From: an uncultured Acidobacteriota bacterium | GTDB lineage: Bacteria > Acidobacteriota > Vicinamibacteria > Vicinamibacterales > SCN-69-37 | Length of the DNA stretch: 64,000 nucleotides | Reading direction: 5' to 3' | NCBI GenBank assembly: GCA_963798795.1 | Contig: CAWCUZ010000001.1 | Coordinates: 886,215-950,214, forward strand | Shown: positions 33,940-42,917 of the stretch, one piece after another | Layout: each line of letters opens with the position of its first letter | Position numbering within the stretch: position 1 is the first letter of the stretch | Translations under genes and position numbers: made by a program | The notes under the pieces: generated by a model | Seen by the model: only the letters and a program-made list of their open reading frames with translations | The model's database searches: none | Told to the model about the DNA's origin: nothing

Positions 33940-34692
33940 GTGGTGCCGCGGCTCGATCGACGCGTGGTGCTCGTCACCGGCGGGTCGCGCGGCATCGGTC
34001 GCGCGATCGTCGACGTGTGCGCGCGCGACGGCGCGCGCGTCGCCGTCTTCGATCTCGAGCCAGCCGCTGACGGCCAGGCACCCCCGGCCGTGTTCGTCCG
34101 GACCGACGTGACGCGCGAAACCGACGTGGCGCACGGCATCACCGCCATCGTCGAACAGCTCGGCCCGGTGGACGTGCTGGTGAACAACGCCGGCGTGAAC
34201 GCGTACTTCGACGCGACGACGATGACCGAGGCGGAGTGGGACAGCGTGTTCGCGGTCGATCTCAAGGGCGCCTGGCTGTGCGCCAAGCACGTGCTGCCGT
34301 CGATGACGGCGCGGCGACGCGGCTCGATCGTCAACATCGCGTCGATCCACGCGTCGCTGACGATTGCCGGCATGTTCCCGTACGCGGCCGCGAAGAGCGG
34401 GCTGGTGGGGCTGACGCGCAGTCTCGCGCTCGACTACGCGCCGCACGGCATCCGCGTCAACGCTGTCCTGCCCGGCTGGACGCGCACCCGGCTCGTGGAA
34501 GAATGGTTCGCGCTCCAGGCCGATCCGCGGGCGGCGGAAGCCAGCGTCCTCGCGGCGCATCCGATGGGCCGCATCGCGTCGCCCGAGGAAGTCGCCAACC
34601 TGGTCGCGTTCGTCGCCTCGGACGAGGCCAGCGCCATCACCGGCGCCTCCCTCTCGGCCGACTGCGGCCTCGGCGTCCGATTCGCCACCTGA
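33940..34692 (+). CDS. SDR-family oxidoreductase (putative aldose dehydrogenase)
   Basis: TGGSRGIG, NNAG, 'NIAS', YAAAK, 'IRVNAVLPG'. Confidence 0.9.
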   Translation: MVPRLDRRVVLVTGGSRGIGRAIVDVCARDGARVAVFDLEPAADGQAPPAVFVRTDVTRETDVAHGITAIVEQLGPVDVLVNNAGVNAYFDATTMTEAEWDSVFAVDLKGAWLCAKHVLPSMTARRRGSIVNIASIHASLTIAGMFPYAAAKSGLVGLTRSLALDYAPHGIRVNAVLPGWTRTRLVEEWFALQADPRAAEASVLAAHPMGRIASPEEVANLVAFVASDEASAITGASLSADCGLGVRFAT

Positions 34693-34696
34693 CACC

Positions 34697-35605
34697 ATGA
34701 CCGACGCCCGATCGATCCTCCGCGCTCTCACGCTCCCCGACCGCGACGCGCACGATCTGCCCACGTCCGCCAAACGGTTCGCCGACGGCGGCCAGTACCG
34801 TGTCGAGATCCCCTCGTGCGAAGGACCGCGCGCGATGGACGCCGTCGTCGCCGAGGCGGCGGCGCGTGACGTGCCCGTGCACCGCGTCAGTCAGGGCAGC
34901 GGCGTGCTGCTGCAGACCGACGACGAGATTCGGCAGATGGTGGCGCTGGGGCAGCAGCACGGCATCGAGGTGTGCCTGTTCGTCGGGCCGCGCGCCAACT
35001 GGGACACGGGCATCCAGGCGGCGACGCCGGGCGGCAGGGTCCTCGGGTCGTCGCTGCGCGGCGCCGATCAGCTCGCCTACGGCATCGAGGACGTCCTGCA
35101 CGCGGCCTCGCTCGGCGTGCGATCCGTGCTCGTCGCCGATCTCGGGCAACTGCGCATCCTGGGCGAGATGAAGAAGCGCGGCGACCTGCCGGCCGATTTC
35201 GTGCTGAAGATCTCGGTGACCCTCGCGGCCGCGAATCCGGCGACCGCGCGGCTGCTCGAGGACCTCGGCGCCACGTCCATCAACCTGCCGGTCGACCTGA
35301 CGCTCGCGCAGATTGCGGCGGTCAGACAGACGATCGACGCCGCCATCGATTTCTACGTCGAGAGCCCGGACGACTTCGGCGGCGCCGTTCGCCATTACGA
35401 AACGGCCGAGCTCGTGCGCGTCGGCGCGCCGATCTATCTGAAGTACGGCCTGCGGAACGCGCCGAACATCTATCCGAGCGGGCTGCACCTCGACGCCACC
35501 GTGCTCGCCTTGTCGCGCGAGCGGGTCCGGCGCGCCGCCATCAGCCTGGCGCTGCTTCGCCGGTATGCGCCGGACGCCCAGCCCTCGCCGAGCGGAGCCC
35601 GCTGA
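34697..35605 (+). CDS. U32-'peptidase'-like TIM-barrel protein of unknown function
   Basis: 'GVRSVLVADLGQL', 'KISV...ANPATARLLEDLGATSIN...DLTLAQIAAVR' resemble the U32 core, but the Cys-cluster motif is absent. Family call is from memory, not a search. Confidence 0.7.
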   Translation: MTDARSILRALTLPDRDAHDLPTSAKRFADGGQYRVEIPSCEGPRAMDAVVAEAAARDVPVHRVSQGSGVLLQTDDEIRQMVALGQQHGIEVCLFVGPRANWDTGIQAATPGGRVLGSSLRGADQLAYGIEDVLHAASLGVRSVLVADLGQLRILGEMKKRGDLPADFVLKISVTLAAANPATARLLEDLGATSINLPVDLTLAQIAAVRQTIDAAIDFYVESPDDFGGAVRHYETAELVRVGAPIYLKYGLRNAPNIYPSGLHLDATVLALSRERVRRAAISLALLRRYAPDAQPSPSGAR

Positions 35606-37152
35606 TGCTCACGTCGATCGACCCGCGAACCGGCCGGCCCGGCGACACGCAGTTCCACGAGGCGACCATCGTCGACGTCGCGGCCGCGGTGGACGCAGCC
35701 GAGGCGGCGTTCGCCATGTGGAAGGATGCGCCAGCCGCTCAACGCGCGTCCGTGCTCCGCGCCATGGCCGATGCGCTCGCCGCCGGCCGCGAGGCCATCG
35801 TCAGGGCGGCGGATTTCGAAACCGGGCTGGGCGGGCCGCGGCTGTCAGGCGAACTGGATCGGACCACGGGTCAGTTGCGCGCCTTTGCGGCCGACGTCGA
35901 GGACGGACGGTTTCTCGACGTCATCATCACCACCGCGGATCCGAACGCCAGGCCGCTGCCCCGTCCGGACATCCGGCGCGCGGCGCTGCCGATGGGTCCT
36001 GTGGCCGTGTTCACGCCGAGCAACTTTCCGCTGGCGTTCGGCGTGGCCGGCGGCGACACGGCGTCGGCCCTGGCGGCCGGATGCCCGGTGGTCGTCAAGG
36101 GACACCCGTCGCATCCCGCCACGTCCGACCTGTGCGCGCGCGCAATGACAACGGCGGCGTCGACAGCCGGCGCGCCGCCGGGCCTGTTCACCGTGCTGCA
36201 GGCGCGCGAACCGGATATTTCGCGCGCCCTCGTCCTGGCGCCGGCCGTGGCCGCCGTGGCGTTCACCGGCTCGCAGCACGTCGGGCGCCTGCTGCACGAC
36301 CTGGCGGCGTCACGGCCCCGCCCGGTTCCGTTCTATGGCGAGCTGGGCAGCCTGAATCCGCTCTTCGTGGGGCCGGCGGCGCTGGCCGCCCGCGCGGACG
36401 AGATCGCCACCGGACTCGCCGCGTCGATGACGCTCGGCTCCGGCCAGTTCTGCACCAAGCCGGGCGTGGTCTTCGTCCCGCTCGGCGCCGATGGCGACGC
36501 GTTCGTGAAGAAGCTCACCGAGCGGCTGATGGCGGTGCCCGGCAGCGTGCTGCTGAACGAGGGCGTGCGGGCGTCGTTCGCACATCGACTCGGCCACGTG
36601 CGCGCCACGCCGGGCGTGCACGAGGCGACACCGTCGCGCGCGCTTCCGGCGGACGCCATCCACGTCTTTCCCGTGCTCTTCGTCACCGACCCTGAGACCT
36701 TCAGGGCCGAACCGGCGGTGCGCGAGGAGTTGTTCGGACCGGCAGGCGTAATCGTGCGCTGTCGGCCCGAGGAGATGAGTGACACCGCGGCGGTGCTCGG
36801 CGGGCAGCTCACCGCGACGCTCCACGCCGACCGCGCCGACGACGAGTGGGCCGCGGCGCACCTGTCGGAACTGGCACACCAGGCGGGCCGCATCGTGTGG
36901 AACGGTTATCCGACGGGCGTGGCCGTGGTGCCGGCCATGCATCACGGCGGACCGTACCCGGCCAGCACGAGCGCGCTGCACACGTCGGTGGGCGCCACGG
37001 CGATTCGGCGGTTCGTGCGCCCGGTCGCGTACCAGAACGTGCCCGATCATCTGCTGCCGCCGGCGCTGCAGAACGCGAATCCGCTGAAGTTGCCGCGAAT
37101 GGTGGATGGCGTCTTGACGTCGGCGGGAATCAGTCCTCCTCCCCGGGGCTGA
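35605..37152 (+). CDS. NADP-dependent aldehyde dehydrogenase, alpha-ketoglutaric semialdehyde dehydrogenase-like
   Basis: 'SNFPLAF.VAGGDTASALAAGCPVVVKGHPSHP', 'FTGS', 'YGELGSLNP', 'GQFCTKPG', 'EELFGP', 'HHGGPYPAST'. ATG overlaps the upstream TGA. Confidence 0.9.
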   Translation: MLTSIDPRTGRPGDTQFHEATIVDVAAAVDAAEAAFAMWKDAPAAQRASVLRAMADALAAGREAIVRAADFETGLGGPRLSGELDRTTGQLRAFAADVEDGRFLDVIITTADPNARPLPRPDIRRAALPMGPVAVFTPSNFPLAFGVAGGDTASALAAGCPVVVKGHPSHPATSDLCARAMTTAASTAGAPPGLFTVLQAREPDISRALVLAPAVAAVAFTGSQHVGRLLHDLAASRPRPVPFYGELGSLNPLFVGPAALAARADEIATGLAASMTLGSGQFCTKPGVVFVPLGADGDAFVKKLTERLMAVPGSVLLNEGVRASFAHRLGHVRATPGVHEATPSRALPADAIHVFPVLFVTDPETFRAEPAVREELFGPAGVIVRCRPEEMSDTAAVLGGQLTATLHADRADDEWAAAHLSELAHQAGRIVWNGYPTGVAVVPAMHHGGPYPASTSALHTSVGATAIRRFVRPVAYQNVPDHLLPPALQNANPLKLPRMVDGVLTSAGISPPPRG

Positions 37153-37167
37153 AGCCCCGGGGCTCCA
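37141..37167 (-). repeat. REP-like palindrome overlapping the ALDH stop codon
   Basis: Reverse complement is TGGAGCCCCGGGGCTTCAGCCCCGGGG. Confidence 0.8.
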
Positions 37168-37176
37168 GTGGAGATC

Positions 37177-38328
37177 ATGAAGGTTACGTCCTTTCAGACC
37201 CTCATCGTCGGCACGCCGTGGCGCGAGCTGGTGTTTCTGCAGCTCATGACGGACACGGGACTGGTGGGCACCTCGGAGGTGCGCATGGTGGCGCGCACCG
37301 ATCCGCTCGTGGCCTGTCTGGCCGAGCTGGCGCCGCGCTACGTCGTCGGCACCGATCCGTTCGACCTGGAGCGGCTCGTGTGGAACGTGCAGCGCGGCGA
37401 TTTCGATCGGCCGGGCGAGGTGTCGCAGTCGGCGCTCGCCTGCTTCGAGGTCGCGTGCTGGGATCTGATCGGCCAGTCGCTGAACGTGCCCGTCTGGAAA
37501 TTGCTCGGCGGCCGGTTCCACGCGCGCGTCCCGGCGTATGCGAACGGCTGGTATCAGTCGGAGCGCGAGCCGGGCCGCCTCGCGGCGCTGGCGCGCCAGG
37601 TGGTGGCGAAGGGCTACCGCGCGATGAAGCTCGACCCGTTCGGCCATGCCAGCCAGGAACTCTCCGCGGCGGAGCGCCGGCGTGCCGTCGCGATTGTCGC
37701 GGCCGTGCGCGAGGCGGTCGGACCCGACGTGCAGATCATGCTCGAGATGCACGGACGGTTCACGCCGGCCACCGCGGCGGGCGTCGCCCGGCTGTTCGAG
37801 CCGTTCGATCCGGCCTGGGTCGAGGAGCCGTGTCCGCCGGAGAATGCGCTCGCGTACCGCCACGTGCGCACGGCCACGCACCTGCCGATCGCCACCGGCG
37901 AGCGCGCCCACACGATGGAGGACATCCGCGGCTTCATCGAAGGCGGGCTCGTCGACATCGTCCAGGTGGACCTCACCCACTTCGGGGGCCTGCTCGCCAT
38001 GAAGCGGCTCGCCGGCTGGGCCGACGCCTACGGCCTGATGCTGGCGCCCCACAACGTCTGCGGCCCGGTGGGGACGATGGCGAACCTGCACTTTGCCGTG
38101 GCGACGCCGAACTACACGGTGCTCGAGCATTTCAACGACTTCGCCGATGCGTGGGTGAACGACCTGGTCGACGCGCCGGCCCGCGTCGATCCGGCCGACG
38201 GCTGCTTCGCCGCGCCCGATCGTCCCGGCCTCGGCCTGCGGCTGCGCCCGGAGGTCTGCGCCGCGCATCCGCGCACCGGCGGCCGCATCCGCCTGTTCGA
38301 GGAGGGCTGGGAGCAGCGTCAGGGATGA
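37177..38328 (+). CDS. Enolase-superfamily (mandelate racemase subgroup) aldonate dehydratase, gluconate/galactonate dehydratase-like
   Basis: 'YANGWYQ', 'KLDPFG', metal ligands in 'LEMHGRF', 'VEEP' and 'TGER', and 'APHN'. Alternative start GTG 37168. Confidence 0.88.
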   Translation: MKVTSFQTLIVGTPWRELVFLQLMTDTGLVGTSEVRMVARTDPLVACLAELAPRYVVGTDPFDLERLVWNVQRGDFDRPGEVSQSALACFEVACWDLIGQSLNVPVWKLLGGRFHARVPAYANGWYQSEREPGRLAALARQVVAKGYRAMKLDPFGHASQELSAAERRRAVAIVAAVREAVGPDVQIMLEMHGRFTPATAAGVARLFEPFDPAWVEEPCPPENALAYRHVRTATHLPIATGERAHTMEDIRGFIEGGLVDIVQVDLTHFGGLLAMKRLAGWADAYGLMLAPHNVCGPVGTMANLHFAVATPNYTVLEHFNDFADAWVNDLVDAPARVDPADGCFAAPDRPGLGLRLRPEVCAAHPRTGGRIRLFEEGWEQRQG

Positions 38329-39194
38329 CGGCCGATCTGATCCTCGATCTCCGCGCCGAGCTGGCCGAAGGACCGGTCTGGGATCCGGCGACGTCGCGGC
38401 TGCTGTTCGTCAACATCATGGCCGGCGAGGTGCACGAGTTCGATCCGTCCACGGGCGCCGACCGCGTCCTGCAGGTGGGCGAGCCCGTCGGCGTGGTCTC
38501 ACCCACCGCCGACGGCCACCTCATTGCCGGCCTCCAGAGCGGATTCGCTCGGATCGATCGGCGTACGGGCACGGTGACGAAACTGGCCGCCGTCGAAGCC
38601 GACCGGCCGGACAACCGCATGAACGACGGCGCGTGCGATTCGCGCGGACGGTTCTGGGCCGGCACGCTCAACATGCGCCATCAGCGCGAGGCCGCCGCCC
38701 TCTACCGGCTCGACCCGGACGGGCGGGTCACCCGCGTGCTCGAGCACGTCACCAACTCGAACGGCCTCGACTGGAGCCCCGACGATACGCGGATGTACTA
38801 CGTCGACACCGGCACGGGCCGCGTGGACGTGTTCGCGTTCGACGCGATGGGCGGCCAGCTCTCCGGGCGACGGCCGTTCGTCACGATTCCCGACGCCGAC
38901 GGTCATCCCGACGGCCTGATCGTCGACGCCGAGGGCGGCGTGTGGGTGGCGCTCTGGGGCGGCGGGGTGGTGAATCGGTATCGGCCGGACGGCGCACTCG
39001 ATCGTCAGGTGCGGGTTCCGGTCAGCCACCCGACGAAGTGCGCGTTCGGCGGCCCCGATCTGAGCGATCTGTTCATCACCACGGCGTGGCAAGGCTTCAC
39101 GGCCGAGCAGCGTGCCGCGCATCCGCACGCCGGCGGCATCTTCCACTGTCGTCCCGGTGTGACAGGGCATCCAGTGCGGCTCTTCGGGGCCTGA
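38325..39194 (+). CDS. SMP-30/gluconolactonase-family sugar lactonase
   Basis: 'LAEGPVWD', 'RMNDGACDSRGRFWAGT', 'SNGLDWSPD', 'PDGLIVDAEG', 'FGGPDLSDLFITTA'. Confidence 0.92.
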   Translation: MTADLILDLRAELAEGPVWDPATSRLLFVNIMAGEVHEFDPSTGADRVLQVGEPVGVVSPTADGHLIAGLQSGFARIDRRTGTVTKLAAVEADRPDNRMNDGACDSRGRFWAGTLNMRHQREAAALYRLDPDGRVTRVLEHVTNSNGLDWSPDDTRMYYVDTGTGRVDVFAFDAMGGQLSGRRPFVTIPDADGHPDGLIVDAEGGVWVALWGGGVVNRYRPDGALDRQVRVPVSHPTKCAFGGPDLSDLFITTAWQGFTAEQRAAHPHAGGIFHCRPGVTGHPVRLFGA

Positions 39195-39200
39195 CGCGGA

Positions 39201-40700
39201 ATGCCCGGCCTCGAATTCCGCGGCGTCTCGAAGTCGTTCGGCGCGGTGCACGCGCTGACCGACGTGACGTTCTCGGTGCTCGAAAGCGAGGCGCACGCCT
39301 GCGTCGGCGAGAACGGTGCGGGCAAATCCACGCTGCTCAAGATCCTCGCCGGCATCGTCGCCCCGGACCGCGGCGAGCTGCACTGGCGCGGCGAGCGGCT
39401 TCACTTCACCAGTCCGCGCGGGGCGCTCGAGCTCGGGATCGGCATGGTGTACCAGGAGCTGCTCGCGTTCCCGAATCTCAGCGTGAGCGCCAACATCTTC
39501 GCCGGCCGCGAGCTGACGTCGCGCGCGGGGAAGCTCGACGAGCGGGCCATGCACGACCGCACGCGCGCGCTCCTGGCGGACCTGCACATCCCGGTCGCGC
39601 CCGACATGCGCATGGAGCGGCTGCCGGCCGCCTACGCGCAGCTCGTGCAGGTCGCCCGCGCGCTCGCCTTCGAGTGCCGCGTGCTCGTGCTCGACGAGCC
39701 CACGACGTCGCTGACCGACGCCGAGGTGGACCACCTGTTCGGCGTGCTCGACCGGCTGAAACAGCGCGGCGTCACCATCCTGTTCGTCTCGCACCGCATT
39801 CCGGAGGTCTTCCGGCTCTGCGACCGCATCACCGTGCTGCGCGACGGGCGCCACGCCGGCACCTTCGACCGTGCGACGACGCCGCCCGACGCGATCGTGC
39901 GGGCCATGGTGGGCCGCGAACCGCCCCAGCGGGCGCCGCGGCCCGCCGCGCGGCCCGGGCCGTCCGTCCCGGCCCTCTCGGTGCGCGGCCTGACCCGCCG
40001 CCCGCACTTCGAGGCGGTGTCGCTCGACGTCCGGGCCGGCGAGATCGTCGGCCTCTTCGGCCTGGTCGGCTCGGGCCGCACCGAACTGCTGGAGACGATC
40101 TTCGGTCTCGCCCCCGCCGACGAGGGCACCATCGAGGTCGACCGCCGCCCGTTCGCGCCCCGGTCGGCGCGCGACGCCGCCCGCGCGGGCCTGGCGCTGG
40201 TGCCCGAGGAACGCCAGCGGCAGGGCCTGTTCTTCAATCTCACGCTGCTGCAGAACCTGGTGCTGCCGAGCGCGGCCAAGACGGGCGTCCGGCTGATCGA
40301 CCCGCGCGCCGAGGCCCGAGCGGCCGCCGATCAGGTGGCGAGCCTCGCCATCCGCACGCCGTCGCTGGATCGCCATCCGGACGCGCTCAGCGGCGGCAAC
40401 CAGCAGAAGGTCGTGGCGGCGAAGTGGCTGGCGACCGCGCCGCGCGTCCTGCTGCTCGACGAGCCGACGAAGGGCGTGGACGTCGGCGCCAAGTTCGAGA
40501 TCCACACCATCATCCGCCGCGAGGCCGCGCGCGGCATGGCGTGCCTGGTCGTCTCGAGCGATCTGCCGGAGCTGCTCACGCTCGCCGACCGGATCGTCGT
40601 CGTCCGCGAAGGGCGCATCCGCGGCGACCTGCCGGGCGCCGAGGCGACCGACGAGGCGGTGATGCGCCTGGCCACCCACGAAGTCGAGGCGCGGCCGTGA
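39201..40700 (+). CDS. Monosaccharide ABC transporter ATPase (RbsA/MglA type)
   Basis: GENGAGKST, 'DEPT', 'GLVGSGRTE', 'LSGGNQQKV', 'GVDVGAK'. Confidence 0.95.
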   Translation: MPGLEFRGVSKSFGAVHALTDVTFSVLESEAHACVGENGAGKSTLLKILAGIVAPDRGELHWRGERLHFTSPRGALELGIGMVYQELLAFPNLSVSANIFAGRELTSRAGKLDERAMHDRTRALLADLHIPVAPDMRMERLPAAYAQLVQVARALAFECRVLVLDEPTTSLTDAEVDHLFGVLDRLKQRGVTILFVSHRIPEVFRLCDRITVLRDGRHAGTFDRATTPPDAIVRAMVGREPPQRAPRPAARPGPSVPALSVRGLTRRPHFEAVSLDVRAGEIVGLFGLVGSGRTELLETIFGLAPADEGTIEVDRRPFAPRSARDAARAGLALVPEERQRQGLFFNLTLLQNLVLPSAAKTGVRLIDPRAEARAAADQVASLAIRTPSLDRHPDALSGGNQQKVVAAKWLATAPRVLLLDEPTKGVDVGAKFEIHTIIRREAARGMACLVVSSDLPELLTLADRIVVVREGRIRGDLPGAEATDEAVMRLATHEVEARP

Positions 40701-41659
40701 CCCGGCTGTGGCGCTCGCGCGAGCTGAGCACTGTCGTCATCCTGGCGCTCGAGATCGCGTTCTTCGGATGGTACCTCTGGCCGGAGTCCGGCCGGACGCA
40801 CCCGTTCCTGAATCTCGACAACGCGCTGCTGATCTTCAAGTACTCCTCGATCTACGGCATCGCGGCGATCGGCGCGGCCATCGTCATCATCTCGGGCGGC
40901 ATCGACCTCGCGCCGGGCGCCGTGATCGCCTTCGCGACCGTCATCACCGGCTACTGCTTCGTGGAGGCGCAGTGGTCGCTCGGCGCCAGCGCGGCGGCCG
41001 GCCTGCTCACCGGCGTGGTGGCCGGCGCGGTCTCGTCGTGGCTGATCGTGCGCGTCAAGCTGCCGCCCTTCATCGCCACGCTCGGCGTCATGGGCATCTG
41101 GCGCGGCGCCGGCTTCATCATCACCGAGGCGCGCTTCTACGACCTGTCCGCCAAACTGCCCCGCAACTGGCACGTGCTGGGGGTTTCGGTGGACTGGGCC
41201 GGGCCCGTGGTGATGATCGTGCTCGCCGCCGGCTTCCACGTCCTGATGACCCGGTTCCAGTGGGGCCGCGCGGTGTTCGCCGTCGGCGGCAACGAAACGG
41301 CCGCGCTCTTCTCCGGCATCCGGGTGGGACGCATCAAGACGTCCGCCTATGTGCTGGCCGGCCTGCTCGCCGCCGTCTCCGGCGTCGTGCTGGCCATCGT
41401 CCAGGGCCAGGGCAAGGCCGACCTCGCGAACGGCTATGAGTTGGATATCATCGCGTCGGCCGTCGTGGGCGGGGCGAGTCTCGCCGGCGGCCGCGGGTCG
41501 GTCGTGGGCGCCGTGCTCGGCGCGCTGATTTTCGGCGTGCTGCGCAACGCCCTGCCGCAAATCCCCGGCGCCACCTTCTACGACCGGCTCATCGTCGGGC
41601 TGGCCGTCATCGTCATCGTGGTGATGGACCAGATCCTGGTGCGCCGATCCAACGCGTGA
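40697..41659 (+). CDS. Monosaccharide ABC transporter permease (RbsC type)
   Basis: 'ISGGIDL', 'PPFIATLG', 'GRAVFAVGGN', 'YELDIIASAVVGGASL.GGRG'. Confidence 0.93.
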   Translation: MTRLWRSRELSTVVILALEIAFFGWYLWPESGRTHPFLNLDNALLIFKYSSIYGIAAIGAAIVIISGGIDLAPGAVIAFATVITGYCFVEAQWSLGASAAAGLLTGVVAGAVSSWLIVRVKLPPFIATLGVMGIWRGAGFIITEARFYDLSAKLPRNWHVLGVSVDWAGPVVMIVLAAGFHVLMTRFQWGRAVFAVGGNETAALFSGIRVGRIKTSAYVLAGLLAAVSGVVLAIVQGQGKADLANGYELDIIASAVVGGASLAGGRGSVVGAVLGALIFGVLRNALPQIPGATFYDRLIVGLAVIVIVVMDQILVRRSNA

Positions 41660-41676
41660 GGCAAGGAGTATCGAAC

Positions 41677-42626
41677 ATGCGACGAGTCCTGATCGTTCTG
41701 GCGGCGGCCGCCACGATGTGGGCGTGCGGCGGCGGCGCGCCGGCCGGCCCGAAGAAGCTGCGGTTCGCGCTGATTCCCAAGGCGCTGGACATCCCCGTCT
41801 TCGACTATGCCAACAAGGGCGCCCAGCGCGCCGCCGCCGAGTTGGGCAACGTCGAGGTCACCTACCTCGGCCCGGAGCATTCCGACGAGCTCAAGCAGAA
41901 GGAGATCCTCGAGTCGTTCATCTCGCAGAAGGTCGACGGCATCGCCATCTCCGGTACTGAACGCCGAGTTCATGACCAGCACCATCGACAAGGCCATCGA
42001 CGCCGGCATCCCGGTCGTAACCTGGGACTCGGACGCCCCCAGCTCCAAGCGCATCGCCTTCTACGGCGTCGACGACTACAAGGCCGGCCAGCGGATGGGC
42101 GAGGAAGTCGCGAAGCTGCTCAACGGCAAGGGCACCGTCGCGTTCCTCACCAGCCTGGGCGCCAACAACCTGCAGCGCCGGATGGACGGCGCCAAGGACG
42201 TCCTGGCGAAGTACCCCGGACATCGAGATCATCGAGACGTTCGACGCGCAGGAGGACTCGACGACGGCGACGCGGCTGATCGAGACCGGCACGAACCGGT
42301 ATCCGAACCTCGGCGCCTGGATTTCAGTGGGCGGCTGGCCGGTGTTCGCGGCCAAGAACCTCGACCCGGTGAACCCGGCGAAGACCAAGTTCGTGTCGTT
42401 CGACACGATCGGCGCCGGCCCGGACCTCCTGCGCTCCGGCAAGGTCCAGGTGCTGCTCGGTCAGAAGTACTTCGGCTGGGGCTCGGAGACGGTCAGGCTG
42501 CTCGTCGACATCATCAACGGCAAGCGGCCGTCGAATCCGATCATCGACTCGGGGGTCGACGTCGTGACGCCGGACAACGTCGACGCATACGTCGCGAACT
42601 TCAAGAAGATGGAAGGCGGGCAGTAG
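41677..42626 (+). CDS. Sugar ABC substrate-binding lipoprotein; indels near 41955 and 42215
   Basis: Lipobox 'MWAC', 'KVDGIAIS', 'AGIPVVTWDSD', 'GVDDYKAG'. SD AAGGAG. Confidence 0.88.
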
Positions 42627-42917
42627 ACCGCAGGAAATGAACGCGCTGCGGGTCCTGTCCGCGAACAGCCCCATCTGGTGAGCGTTAACCCGTCGTCACC
42701 GTCCTGCTACTCGATACCAGCCGTCTGCTGGCGGCCGTTGACGGCGCGCAACGACGCCACGCGGAGTGCGCGGCGGATCGACTCGAGTCGCTGGTGGTCA
42801 TCGGGGCGCGGCATCGGGTCCGCGCCCTGCTGACCCTCGATCGGCGGCATTTCTCCGTCATCCGGCAGGCGAACGGGCGGCCGTTTCAGTTGCTGCCGTG
42901 AGCGCGGGCGGTCAGCT

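Noticed and set aside
34972..41659. Apparent long ORF-track proteins (34972..37152, 36846..39194, 38633..41659; likewise 52900..55551) as fusions
   Set aside because: The N-terminal extensions are out-of-frame overlaps with upstream genes. The real starts are at coupled stop/start junctions (35605, 38325, 40697, 54019).
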